Assembly (NCBI GenBank): GCA_965153355.1
Contig: OZ231126.1
Location: 16,616,001-16,680,000, forward strand
Source: Flaccisagitta enflata
Lineage: Eukaryota
Length of the DNA stretch: 64,000 bases
Reading direction: 5' to 3'
The translations under genes were made by a program, and so were the position numbers. Shown here piece by piece: positions 35,979 through 49,900 of the stretch (position 1 is the stretch's first letter; each line of letters starts with the position of its first letter). The notes beneath the pieces are model-generated. The model was not told the origin of the DNA and did not search any database. It was given only the letters and a program-made list of their open reading frames with translations.

Positions 35979-37610
35979 GTCCGCGACGGAATATCATTCC
36001 GACGCGGACTATAATTCAAGGCGGGTGGGTGTCGTCGTCGTCGTTGTCGTCGTCGTTGTCGTAACGGATTTTAAAAAATGGATAACTTTTTTATGCTTTG
36101 ACCGATTTGGTTCATATTTGGTGGGAAGTTGTGCTAGGGTAAGGCGCTTTACATCCTATCCGATTTTTGTGATCCGACCAACCCAACCGGCCCAACCAGC
36201 CTACCGGCCTAAAAGTGAAAAACGCGCATAACTTTGGCATTTTTCAACCGATTTGGCTGAAATTTGGTATGGAGTCTCTAAATGGAAGGCCTCAACATAT
36301 GTATATGATTTATATGCATTTGAGCATGCTAACCAGCCAAACCGACCTACCACCCAACCAGCCAACCGGCCTAAAAGTGAAAAACTTGCGTAACTTTGTC
36401 ATTTTTCAACTGATTTGGTTGAAACTTGGTATGGAGTCTCTAAATGGAAGGACTCAGCATATGCAAACTATTTATCCTGTTAAACCAGCCTACCACCCAA
36501 CCAGCCTACTGGCCTAAAAGTGAAAAACGTGCATAACTTTGGCATTTTTCAACCGATTTGGCTGAAATTTGGTATGGAGTCTCTAAATGGAAGGCCTCAA
36601 CATATGTATATGATTTATATGCATTTGAGCATGCTAACCGGCCAAACCGACTTACCACCCAACCAGCCAACCGGCCTTAAAGTGAAAAACTTGCGTAACT
36701 TTGTCATTTTTCAACTGATTTGGTTGAAACTTGGTATGGAGTCTCTAAATGGAAGGACTCAGCATATGCAAACTATTTATCCTGTTAAACTAGCCTACCA
36801 CCCAACCAGCCTACCAGCCTAAAAATGAAATATGTGCATATCTTTGGCATTTTTCAACCGATTTTGTTGAAATTTGGTGTGGAGTCTCCAAATGGAAGGA
36901 CTCATCATACGTATGTGATTTATATGCATTTGAGCATGCTAACTGGCCAAACTGACCTACCACCCAACCAGCCTACCTACCAAAAAGTGAAAACTTGCAT
37001 AACTTTGTCATTTTTCAATCAATTTGGTTGAAACTTGATATGGAGTCTCTAAATGGAAGAACTCAACATATGCACACTATTTATCCTGTCAAACCAGCCT
37101 ACCACTCAACCAGCCTACCAGCCTAAAAGTGAAAAATGTGCATATCTTTGGCGTTTTTCAACCAATTAGGTTGAACTTTGGTATGGAGTCTCTAAATGGA
37201 AGGACTCAGCACATGTATGTGATTTATTTATGTTTGAGCATGCCAACCAGCCAAACCCACCTACCACCCAACCAGCTTACCGGCGTAAAAGTTAAAAACT
37301 TGCATAAGTTGGATATTTTTCAACCAATTTGGTTGAAACTTGGTATGGAGTCTCTAAATGAAAGACCTCAACATATGCACACTATTTATCCAAACCAGTT
37401 TACCACCCAACCACCCTACTAGCCTAAAAGTGAAAAATGTGCATAACTTTGCCATTTTTCATCGGATGTGCATGAAACTTTGTATGGAGGCTCTTAATTA
37501 TAGTTTTAGCGAACTTACGGGGTTAGCGATCTTTTGGTCATAGCGATCTTATGGAATTGGTGATCTATAACCCCCTTCCGTCGCGGACCCAGATACTGAT
37601 CAGATTTTTA
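35979..37610 (+). mobile_element. DINE/HINE-like element family A with ~150-bp internal tandem units (~305-bp dimer)
   Basis: T-run, 5' hairpin GTCCGCGACGGAAT..ATTCCGACGCGGAC, (GTC)n, tandem array, 3' subTIR TTCCGTCGCGGAC, T-run; repeated ORFs at 36215, 36520, 36825 and 37129. Confidence 0.75.
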
Positions 37611-37921
37611 TATGATCACTGCACCATTCCCCCACTGAGGACAGCGACTCGGTATTTTAAACATTGAATGTTTATTTCACAGATCGCCCTTTCGCCTTAG
37701 GGTGAATTTCGAGTTCTTGAAACAGTGACAAGACCATGAACCATGGCAGTGATTGTGAATCAACCGTCAGTGAGATGAAATGAAATTGAGATTAAAAAGC
37801 TGGTCGGTGTATTGTGACCAAACGACTCGATTGTAACTCGGTAGTGAAACTTCCAAGGTTTAAAAGAATCAGCACGATCAACATTCTGTTCTTTATTACC
37901 ACGTGACTTATACCTTTCACG

Positions 37922-40900
37922 ATGAAGCGCGCGTCTAATACCAACGGCATCGATATAGCGGACTTTCTGGCGTCACGAGTCGCCCTCCAGCGTCAGATCA
38001 TGGCGTCATCGAACACTTCCGCCGCTACTCCGCCGTTGGGAGTGATCAGAGCCGATGAGGAACCGGCGGAGAAAATGAGACGCATGGAAGAGGCTCTTGT
38101 GCAAAAGAGAAGGTAAGGCGTTGTTGCGCAGTTTGCGTGAGCGCTATACAAATAACCTGATGATATACGACAAAGGGCGTAATTGTAATTTTATCCTTGC
38201 ACAGCGCTAATGGAGGAGACTCCAACACGATAGAGCTATCCGCGGAAGAAGCGATTGCGCTTGGAATGATTCAGGGACCCGTCGGCGTCAGCAAACGCCA
38301 AACTGACGATGCGCTTATCATTCCTGGTTAGTATATAATGAACTTCATTGATTCGATTGATGTCGTGGACAGTTTCTGTCCTTGGAAAAGAGCAGCTGAT
38401 TGACTGTGGAAAAAAACAAAATTGACGTCTTTCTTTTAGATAACACCTACACCGTCGAGGATGTTTCAGAAAACCTTATCATTCAGCATATGGATATCGG
38501 GGAACCTCTCAACACATTAAGAGCTCTGCTCGCCCAGGTAAGAACAAATTAGATGTTGTATTTTCATGAAGGAAATGAATAAGGCCAAGTTAAGGCCAAC
38601 AAGTGCGCCTCGCTTGATTAAGACTTTGTGAATGAACATTTTTAATGAATGGATGAATGAATGAATGAATGAATGAATGAATGAATGAATGAAAGAAAAT
38701 GAATGTGGCAAGGCATAAAAGGTGATAGGTATGAAGAAATTCGTCAGAATCAGCCGTTTTGCGCATTTCAAACGATTGTGTTACCGACCAACCAACCGAC
38801 CGATCAACTAACCGACCAACCTATAGAAGTGCGTATAGAACTAAGAAGTGCGAGGACGCACTTTAAAAGTTTTTGTTTTCCAAATATTTTCTCATTTTCG
38901 TCTCCCTTTTGATCCTTCTTCACGCAGAGACTTCACGTCAATTTGGATCACTACGAGTTTTGGTTGCAAAATCAGCAGATCCTAGATCCGGACAAGAATC
39001 TCGTCGAGCAATGTGTCCAAGTAAGTCGTCACTCGTCAGTGTGTGATGTTTCAAAAGAGGGGGCATCCACTCTCAAGTTCTCGCTCACACAATGCTGTTC
39101 CATGCGCAGGGTGAAGGAACGGTTCAGGTGAACTGCGAAGTCGGCGAGTATCCCGGCGCATCAACCCCTCGAATTAACATCGTGGACATTCTAAAACCTG
39201 CCGAAGAAGTGACTCCGGATATGCTGCCGCCGCGTCCGCAGCTGCAGAATGACCGCGAGCGGTTGTTCGAACAAGATGTGGAAACGGAGGAAGAAAAGGA
39301 GGAAGAAGTGACGAGATGGGTCGTTGATCAGCATTTTCGGAAGGAGCAAGAAAGATTGGGGATTCCTCTGGGTAAGAACCTACTGCTCATAATTTTTGCT
39401 TGATATCCATGAATTTACCGATTTTCGACTTGATACATTCTCCTTGTTCTACAGATCCGCGCCACTGGACTCCCTTTCACGTCGCTCACTGGATACGATG
39501 GGCCATCGGCAAGTTCCGTCTCCATAGCGTCGACGCCAACGAGTGGATCCACATTACGGGTCAAGACATCGTGGACATGTCCCACGAGATGTTCGCCGCC
39601 CTCGTCCCAGATGATAAGGTGATTGACGAATGTTTATTGTTGAACGAACTTTTGGGTGCTTCCACTTTTGGATACTTAGGGACTTCATTTGTATCTCAAG
39701 ATGTTCCTCATTGGATTGACATTCACTCACCGCCCTTATCTAGGACGACGTATTCTGGACTCATTTGGAGCTCTTGCGCAAGTGCAAGTTTGTCGCCATC
39801 GTTCAAACGCAGCCGAAGAACGCCCCGACGAGGTCGACGCCGTCTTCGAAACCTTCCTCTCAGAACTGTTCAGGTGTGATATTCTTACTGTAGTTGTTCA
39901 CTCATTTGCTTAATTTGAGGCTTGCAGTTGCTCTGTGATCATATGATGAATTGCGGTTTATTATTTATAGGCCGTGTTATTACAGGTAGTAGGCCTAAAT
40001 TGTCACATCATTGATTTGAATTTCCACAGTGAGCGTCCGTTCATTGGGCTCTGCTCGTCCTCCTTCCTACCGTGGTGATTCTCCCGTCCACGTTTCTCCG
40101 GCCGCCTTTAGCAATATCTCTTCTCCTGGCACGCACAACATTAACTTTAACAACAACAGCAGTAACAATAACAACAACCATATCAACAATCGTCCTCGTT
40201 CACCTCATCGCGCGTCTGGTTTCGAAACTCGCCTTCCTTCTGCGTCTGGCCCGGTTTCAGCAGGGGCAGCCTCGGCCAAAAATGCTAATAATGGACAAAT
40301 TCAGTTGTGGCAATTTCTATTGGAACTTTTGACCGACTACTCTTGTAGGTTAGTAACTAGATTGAAACGTCAGATGCTTTGAGCTCGTCTTCCCTGATGC
40401 CCAATTGTTTCGTTTATCGTGCCCTTTTTGCCCTCTTTTCGTGCCTCATCTTTTTGGTTGCGGACACGTAAAGTTCTGTGTAAAAGGCATTGTCGGTACG
40501 TTGGTCCATTCGTCGGTCCGTCCATGATTATCGAATGGAAAAGTATAAACTCGCTATGATGATGCAGAACTTGATGTTCCACCCGTTTGCAACGATAATG
40601 TGACCCCGCGTCACTTGCCTCGATGTTTTTTGTCGCTTGCCAAGCGACTCTATAAGAGGGTGTGTCCGCAAGTAGGAAGGTATGACGGTAACGCGGAGTT
40701 TTTTTACGACGCGGTATCTACTGAAATTGTGATTTCTAGCCAGCTTTTTTTCTGTCTCTTCTTTTATTCTGTCTCCTCTTTTTTTCTGTTTTTTTTTTCT
40801 TTTCTTTTTTTTCGTCTCTCTTTTTTTTTCTGTCTTCTTTTTTTCTGCCTATTCTTTTATCTGTCTTTTCTTTTTTTGTCCTCGACGATCAGTTTACGTC

Positions 40901-43900
40901 GAGGACTATAACATAGCCTTGATCGTGTAGTGAGTCGTGTGTTCGTCGTCGTCGTGTCAACCCTTAAAAACTTGAGAACCACAACTCAGATGTTGATGAA
41001 ACTTGGTCAGTGTTATTTTTAGGGCATTACTAACCTGTGTACCAACTTTCAACAACATTCATAAATATTTAATACCCTTTGCCTATTATTTTTGTAGTAA
41101 TATTAATTCCTGGACTTGTGCAATTTACATAGGGGAAGGGTAGTAAAGGTTCACCAATGTTGTTCAAACTTGTTGTGAAGGTTTATTGCATCAATTAAAG
41201 CTCCCCTGCAAGATTTCAGATAATTCTGAGTATTGGTTTAGAAGATATAAGGGTATTTTGCTAGTAATATTAATTCCTAGACTTGTGCAATTTACATAGG
41301 GGAATGGTAGTAAAGGTTCACCAATGTTGTTCAAACTTGTTGTGAAGGTTCATTGCATCAATTAAAGCTCCCCTGCAAGATTTCAGTAAATTCTGAGTAT
41401 TGGTTAAGAAAATATAAGGGTATTTATGATGTATCTAGTAACATTATTTTTTGGACTTAAGAATTTTTTTGTCGAAAAAAAATTTTTTTTTTTTTGAAAA
41501 AAATTTTTGTCCGCGACGGAATATCATTCCGACGCGGACTATAATTCAAGGCGGGTGGGTGTCGTCGTCGTCGTCGTCGTCGTTGTCGTCCCGGATTTTA
41601 AAAAATGGATAACTTTTTTATGCTTTGACCGATTTGGTTCATATTTGGTGGGAAGTTGTGCTAGGGTAAGGCGCTTTACATCCTATCCGATTTTTGTGAT
41701 CCGACCAACCCAACCGGCCCAACCAGCCTACCGGCCTAAAAGTGAAAAACGTGCATAACTTTGGCATTTTTCAACCGATTTGGCTGAAATTTGGTATGGA
41801 GTCTCTAAATGGAAGGCCTCAACATATGTGTATGATTTATATGCATTTGAGCATGCTAACCGGCCAAACTGACCTACCACCCAACCAGCCAACCGGCCTA
41901 AAATGAAAAACTTGCGTAACTTTGTCATTTTTCAACTGATTTGCTGAAACTTGGTATGGAGTCTCTAAATGGAAGGACTCAGCATATGCAAACTATTTAT
42001 CCTGTTAAACCAGCCTACCACCCAACCAGCCTACTGGCCTAAAAAAAACGTGCATAACTTTGGCATTTTTCAACTGATTTGGCTGAAATTTGGTATGGAG
42101 TCTCTAAATGGAAGGCCTCAACATATGTATATGATTTATATGCATTTGAGCATGTAACTGGCAAAACTGACCTACCACCCAACCAGCCAACCGGCCTTAA
42201 AGTGAAAACTTAACCTGTCATTTTTCAACTGATTTGGTTGAAACTTGGTATGGAGTCTCTAAATGGAAGGACTCAGCATATGCAAACTATTTATCCTGTT
42301 AAACCAGCCTACCACCCAACCAGCCTACCGGCCTAAAATGAAAACGTGCATAACTTTGGCGTTTTTCAACCGATTTGTTGAAATTTGGTATGGAGTCTCT
42401 AAATGGAAGGACTCAACAAATGTATGTTATATGCATTTGAGCATGCTAACCGCCAAACCGACCTACCACCCAACCAGCCAACCGGCCTTAAAGTGAAAAA
42501 CTTGCGTAACTTTGTCATTTTTCAACTAATTTGGTTGAAACTTGGTATGGGGTCTCTAAATGGAAGAACTCAACATATGCGCACTATTTATCCTGTCAAA
42601 CCAGCCTACCACCCAACCAGCCTACCAACCAAAAAGTGATAAATGTGCATATCTTTGAAGAGCGACCAATTTGGTTGAAATTTAGTATGGAGTCTCTAAA
42701 TGGAAGGACTCAACACATGTATATGATTTATGTTTGAGCATGCTAACTGGCCAAACCAACCTACCACCCAACCAGCTTACCGGTTTAAAAGTAAAAACTT
42801 ACATAAATTTGACATTTTTCAACCAAATTGGTTGAAACATGGTATGGAGTCTCTAAATGGAAGAACTCAACATACGCACACTATTTATCTAAACCAGCCT
42901 ACCACCCAACCACCCTACTAGCCTAAAAGTGAAAAACGTGCATAACTTTGTCATTTTTCAACGGATTTGCATGAAACTTTGTATGGCGGCTCTAAATGTA
43001 AAGTCTTATAGTTTTGGCGAACTTATGTTAGCGATCTTTGGTCATAGCGATCTTACGGAATTGGTGATCTTTAACCTTCCGCGGGACCCAGATACTGTTC
43101 AGATTTTTTTTAAATTTTTATTTTTTTTTAAATTTTTTTTGAAAAAAAATTTTTTTTTTTAAAAAAATTTTTTTTTGAAAAATTTTTTCTTTTGAAATTT
43201 TTTTTTTTTTGAAAAATTTTTTTTTACTTTAAGGTATGCAATTGGTAGCCGGGTCAGACTGAGTAGCCGGGTCAGACTGAGTAGCCGGGTCAGACTGAGT
43301 AGCCGGGTCAGACTGAGTAGCCGGGTCAGACTGAGTATCCGGGTCAGACTGAGTATCCGGGTCAGACTGAGTAGCCGGGTCAGACTGAGTAGCCGGGTCA
43401 GACTGAGTAGCCGGGTCAGACTGAGTAGCCGGGTCAGACTGAGTAGCCGGGTCAGACTGAGTAGCCGGGTCAGACTGAGTAGCCGGGTCAGACTGAGTAG
43501 CCGGGTCAGACTGAGTAGCCGGGTCAGACTGAGTAGCCGGGTCAGACTGAGTAGAGTAGAGTAGACGATTATGCCCCTAGGCCAGCTTACGCCAGCATTG
43601 CGGGGATGTCGAGTCGAGTAGTATTAGCGATGATTGTTTGTTTTTTCGCTCTCGTCCTGTAGCGTTGACTGCTTATTCAGCATTTTCTTCACCGCCCGCC
43701 GCCTCCGGCGTGTTTTTCCTCCATTTGTCGTAGCTATTCTTAAAGCTGTTGATCGACGTCACCTTCTTCGTCCCGTCTGGCAGCGCATTCCACAATTTGG
43801 CCGCCCTTACTGTAAAAAAGTTCCGACGAACCTCCAGCCTGGCTCTTTCGACCTTTAATACATGCTCCTTCCTCACTTCCCCTTCTTCCGTTATGTTCAC

Positions 43901-46900
43901 CGTCGATCTTGTTGGCCGTGCTTCCTCTCCCACTTCCGTGAACCAACTTTCTTTTTCCACTCGATTAAACCCTTTCATCGTCTTAAACACTTCAATCACA
44001 TCTCCCCTTCTCCTCCTCTCTCTTAGTGTCGTCAGTCCTACATCCTGCAGCTTCTCCTCATAGGAAGACCCTTTTACATCTGACAGCGATCTAATCATTC
44101 TCTCTTGCACCTTCTCGACAGTTTTTACATCTGCTTCCGTCCATGGACACCATGCTGCAGCCGCGCACTCGATCTTTGGCCTGACAAAGGTTTTGTAGAG
44201 AGGAATAACGAAATCTTTTTTCCGATAATGGAAGGCACGTTGCAGCTGTCCAAGCGCGAAGTTTGCAGCCTTGGCCGCTGCTGCACATTGCTTCGTCGGT
44301 TTCATAGTGACCTCTGTCCACACACCCAAATCTTTCTCTTCGTTGGCCTCCATGATCTCAATTCCGTTCATGACATACCTTTGTTTAGGGTTCTTCCTCC
44401 CGAAGTGGAGCACCTTGCACTTTTTGACGTTAAACGCCATTCCCCAACGGTTCGCCCATTCTGCCAGTCGGTTAATCATCCTTTGCATTTCCTCCGCATC
44501 CTTCAGCGATTCGATTAGTTTCGCCACCTTCGTATCGTCGGCAAATTTCCTCAAGAACGCTTGGATTGTTTCGTCGTCGATGTCGTCTATGAACAGGTCG
44601 AAAAGGATTCCACCTAGAACCGAACCCTGCACCACACTGCTTATGACATCAACCCAATCAGAAAACTCCCCTTCAACTCTTACTCGTTGTTTCCTTCCGC
44701 GTAACCAGTCTTTCAACCACTCGAGCACTTCACCCGTCACACCAAATTCCTGCAGCTTCACTACCAAACGTGCGTGACATACCTTGTCGAAGGCTTTACT
44801 GAAATCCAAGTAAAGTACATCGAATGATTTTCCTTCGTCCCACCATTTGGTCGTTACGTCAAAGAATTCGATCAGGTTGGTTTGGACGGACCTCCCCGTT
44901 CTGAAACCATGTTGTGAGTTCGACAATAGATTATTCCTTTCAATGTGATTGACCAAATGCTTCTTGACGATCCGTTCCATCATCTTCCCTATAACATTTG
45001 TTAGGCTTACCGGCCTATAATTACCCGGTTCACTTTTTTTTCCTTTCTTGAAAATCGGCGTCACGTTGGCCAGTCTCCAGTCATCCGGAATTCTCGATTC
45101 TTTTATCGACTTCTGGAAAATAATAGTGATTGGGGTAATTAGTTGGTGTTTCAATTCTTTTATAACTCTCGGTGGTATTTTGTCCGGTCCTGCAGCTGAG
45201 TCCTCCTTCAGCCCGTCAATTGCCTCTCCTACACAATTTTCAGTCACCAAAATCTCTTCTAGGACACCCCCTCCTCCTCCTCCTTCAACTCCTCCTCCCC
45301 TTTGCCTCGCTTCCGGCACTTCTCCATCTGTCCTCGTGAATACGGATGCGTAATACTCGTTCAAGATCCGCGCTTGTTCCCTTGGTTCAACCACAACTAC
45401 GTCGTCATGTACCAGGGGCCCAATCTTATTTTTCGTTACTTTTGCCCGATTTAGATGCGAGTAATAAAGTTTCGGGTTTGTCTTTCTATTCTTCATGATG
45501 TTTCTTTCTACTTCGTTCTTTCTGTTTCTTATTTTCTTCTTCAGCTCCGTCACCTTCTTTTTGTATTCTTCTTTTTCTTGGCTTCTTCCTGTTCCTTTCC
45601 ATTTTCTCCATGCTTTCCTTTTTTCTTCGATTTTTTTCTGGATTTCGCGATTGAACCAAGGCGGTTCATTGTTCTTCCGCGGTTTTTTCATTGGGATATG
45701 GGTCTGCATCACTGCTTTAACTTTATCCCTCATCACCTCCCATGCCTCATTCACATTCATGTCTCTCATCAACCCTCTCCAGTCATTCTTGTCAAGCGTC
45801 GCTCGCATCTCTATAAAATTTGCGCGTTTGTAATTTGGACGTACACGTTTTTCTTTTTCGTTCTTTTCATTGATCGCCATTTCAAATGTTACAATATCGT
45901 GGTCGCTTTTACCAATGCGGCCTTCCGTTTTGACCTCCCTAATCAGTCCTTCGCGGTTGCTAAGGATCAGATCTAGGGTATGCCCGCTTACGTGAGTTGG
46001 TTCCGTGACGAGTTGCTCCATGAACATATCCGCCGTCGTTTCGTAGAACTCGCGACTTCGTGCTCCACTTGTTCCGTTCTCCCAATCGATATCTGGGTAA
46101 TTGAAATCACCTATCAATACGTTAGTTCCCGTGAGTCCGGCCATCCAGTTACAAAGCGCCTCATCATTCACGCGACTTGAATTGGGCGATCTATATACTA
46201 CACTTAATCCGATATTTTCATTTCCATTCTTAATTTTAACCAATACAGCTTGGTTGAAAGTAGTGTCAATGTCCAATTGCCACGCGACTACATATTTTTT
46301 TGCATACACGAGGATCCCTCCTCCTCTTCCTCCTTCAGTGTCATTCCGGTCACTTCTTGCCACTATCTCGTACTCTTCTAAAGTCAGCAAAGCATCCCCT
46401 ATAGCGTCGTTAGTCCATGTTTCTGTTAACGCGACTAAATCCGGTTTCATAACTGATACCAATGCCCTCAGTTCGTTTATCTTGTTAACGATGCTCTGAG
46501 CGTTCATCATCACCACTTTCAAGCTCTCCTTGCCCCTTCCTCCTTCCATGCCAGTTTCCTCCTTCCTTTCCTTCCCACCATCATCCACTTTCCCTCCTTT
46601 CCCTCGTCCCTTGCCTCCGCCGTCTTTTCGTCCGCCTCCTTCCTCAGCCTTTCCACCGTTTTCCTGTCCTCTTCCCGTTCCTTTGGGGTCATGTCTGGTG
46701 CCACATACACATTCCTCCATCCTTGCTTCCGCGTCTCCTCGTCTTCCACCTTGACAATGAGCGGTCTCGGCTTGTCCGCTTCCGTTCGTTTTTTCCCAGC
46801 TCGGAACTTGACCTCGATCGCCCCCGTCGCCTGCACCTCCAGCGCTTCGACCACATCGTTCGTCTTCGCAACGTCGTCGGCTTTTCTCTCTCCGTCTGTC

Positions 46901-49900
46901 GTCTTCTCGGATTCCGGGATTCCATAGATGACGATGTTCGCGCTCCTGCTCTCCTTCTCTTTTGTCTCAGCCGCGATTTCCTCCTTTGCCCCTTGTATCG
47001 CTTTCTCCATCCCTGACTCCATCTCTTTCTCCATATCCCCCATTTTACAAGTCACCTGTTCGGATTTGTCCTCCTGTCTTGCGATTCTTGCCGTCAGGTT
47101 CTTGATCTCGAGTTGCGCGATCTGCAGCAGGTGTCTCAACTCCTTCGTCTCGTTCTTGACGTCTTGAATGTACTTGTTATGCAGCGAGATGATCTTGCGG
47201 CAAATGGTGCATAAGAACGCCGATCCTCCACCAATCTTGTTCATCTTGTCGCACGTGTCGATGAACTCGGCTGTCATGCCGTTGATGCATTTCGCGTGGA
47301 ACCAGAAGGTGCAGTAACCGCAGATGATGCTTGTGCCGGATTTACACTCCGTCATGCATTTCCCACATGGGTTTTTGACCTTTTTCTCCTTTGCTCTTGT
47401 TGAGGATCTCGCCGGACCACTCGGGAAGTCCATCATGGGCGGTTCCTCATCGTTGTCGTCGCTGTCATCATCTTCCTCGTCGTCGCGGAACACGGCAGAT
47501 TCGGTTCTTTCTTTGTCTTTACTCATGATCGACTAGAAACCAGCGTCGTCGTATCGCGTTGTTGCCGTACTGCGTTGTTGCCGTACTGCGTTGTTGCCGT
47601 GCCGCGTTGTTGCCGTACCGCGTTGTTGCCGTACCGCGTCGTTGCCGTACCGCGTCGTTGCCGTACCGCGTCGTTGCCGTACCGCGTCGTTGCCGTACCG
47701 CTTCGTTGCCGTACCGCGTCGTCGCCGTACCGTGTCGTCGCCCACGTTTTACAATGTCACTGGGTTCGAGTCTCAACTTTTTTCAATTCGAGTCTTTACA
47801 CATTTGACATTTGAGTTTTTGTCAGAGAAGCTCATTGAGTTTCTTTTTAGCATAAATTGTCCGCGTGTTGTTTTGAACGTCGGTCCTCCCGCCCGAGATC
47901 AAATTATCTCCCAGGGCCTTCGTTTAAATCAATACCTGACAACTTAAACAAGTGAAGTAGTAGAAAGTAGCTGGGTAGTAGAAAGTAGCCGGGTCAGACT
48001 GAGTAGCCGGGTCAGACTGAGTAGCCGGGTCAGACTGAGTAGCCGGGTCAGACTGAGTAGCCGGGTCAGACTGAGTAGCCGGGTCAGACTGAGTAGCCGG
48101 GTCAGACTGAGTAGCCGGGTCAGAAACCAAATAGACTACAGTCGAGGACTGTTGTTTTTAAGCTTTTCTGTCTCTTCTTTTCTCTGTCTCTTCTTTTTTT
48201 CTGTCTCTTCTTTTTTTTCTGTCTCTTCTTTTTTTCTGTCTCTTCTTCTTTTCTGTCTCTTCTTTTTACTGTCTCTTCTTTTTTTCTGTCTCTTCCTTTT
48301 TTTCTGTCTCTTCTTTTTTTCTGTCTCTACTTTTTTTCTGTCTCTTCTTTTTTTCTGTCTCTTCTTTTTACTGTCTCTTCTTTTTTTCTGTCTCTTCCTT
48401 TTTTTCTGTCTCTTCTTTTTACTGTCTCTTCTTTTTTTCTGTCTCTTCTTTTTTTCTGTCTCTTCCTTTTTTCTGTCGCTTCTTTATTTCTGTCGCTTCT
48501 TTATTTCTCTCCCTTTTTTATATCCCTTTTTGATATGACTTTGCCATCGTGTGAATATCATGTCTCTGGAATAAATCCATTTGTTAATTCCTAAATTCTC
48601 TCCCTTCTTTTTTTTCTGTCCCTTCTTTTTTTCTGTCCCTACTTTTTTTTTCCTTTTGGGCAGCGGCACACATATGGAGAATTTCCTCCTCCTTCCTCTC
48701 CGTACCCCCCCCCTCCCCCCAGCCTCCAGGCCCATTTCTCAGCCTCCAGGCCCATATCCCAGCCTCGAGGCCCAAATACCACCCTCAAGGCCCAAATCCC
48801 AAGACCCAAATCCCAATCCCAAGGCCCAGATTCCACTTTCTAGGGATTTGGGCCCCAAGACTGGGATTTAGGCTGGGATATGGGCCTCCAGGCTGAGATA
48901 TGGGCCTGGAGGCTGGGGGAGGGGAGGTGCGGAGGAGAAGGAGGAGGAGAAAATTCCCCATATGTGTCAAAGCATAGGTCATCGAACCCTTCGGGGCCGG
49001 TGCCCTGCTCCCCCCTCAACTTCAACCACAACCTACTTAAGCAGGGCACGGGTACCGCTGACCATCTTACGCTTTTACGACTTTCTTTTTTCCTGTCTCT
49101 TTTTTCTGTCTTTCCTTCTTTTTTTCTTTCTCTTCTTTTTTTCTGTCTCTACTTTATTTCTGTCTCTACTTTATTTCTGTCTCTTCTTTATTTCTGTCCC
49201 TTTTTCTTTCTTTCTTTTATTTTTATTTTTTTTTTTGCTTCTATCTTCCTCTTTACTTTTGTGTTTTTACAGAGATGCGATTCATTGGTTGGGTGAGGAA
49301 GGAGAATTCAAGCTGCAAAATCCAGAACTCGTCGCGCAAATGTGGGGTCAAAGAAAAAACAAACCAACCATGAACTACGACAAACTCTCGCGGGCTCTTC
49401 GTTACTACTACGATGGAGACATGATCACCAAAGTTCAAGGAAAGAGGTTCGTATAAGAGTGTACGTAAAAACTGAACTTTGACATGGTTGATTTACAAAT
49501 TGGTGGTAATTTGGCACAGTATTTTGAACACAGTATTACTGTAGCATCCTATTTGAACCCGTTTTGAACCACTATGGTTTACCATTTTAGATTCGTTTAC
49601 AAGTTTGTTTGCGACTTGAAGACACTCCTCGGCTACAGTCCTAAAGAGCTCGCGTCTCTTGTGCAAGAGTGTGCCGCGAAAAAAGCCGCCAAATCGGCGG
49701 AATTGAGAATCAGGTAATTTGCATTGGCATGTCGCGAGGTTGATTCTTAGAGGTTGCGTGGTTAATCAAGTCGCTTGCTGTGATGTAGTCGCCCATTTCT
49801 GTTACCTTGCAAATGAACTGGTACCAAAAGTAACCTAAGAAACGATCGAATGTCGGGGATCATGGGTGGACGGATGGACCAAACAATAATCAGTTAACCA

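Larger units (their letters stand above)
43549..47955 (-). mobile_element. Near full-length CR1-type non-LTR retrotransposon
   Basis: ORF1 with PHD finger, ORF2 with APE and RT, short 3' UTR ending in (TACTC)n, 5' UTR with a 16-bp tandem repeat (47545-47740). Confidence 0.9.
40878..48158 (+). mobile_element. DINE/HINE-like element family B hosting nested insertions
   Basis: 5' hairpin GTCCTCGACG..CGTCGAGGAC (40878-40906) and 3' subTIR GTCGAGGAC (48141-48149); the same T-rich repeat flanks both sides; ~170-bp internal duplication. Confidence 0.65.

Noticed and set aside
36215-37543. Repeated ~100-aa ORFs as a tandem gene family
   Set aside because: They are translations of the ~150-bp internal satellite of a non-autonomous element and are frameshifted in the second copy.
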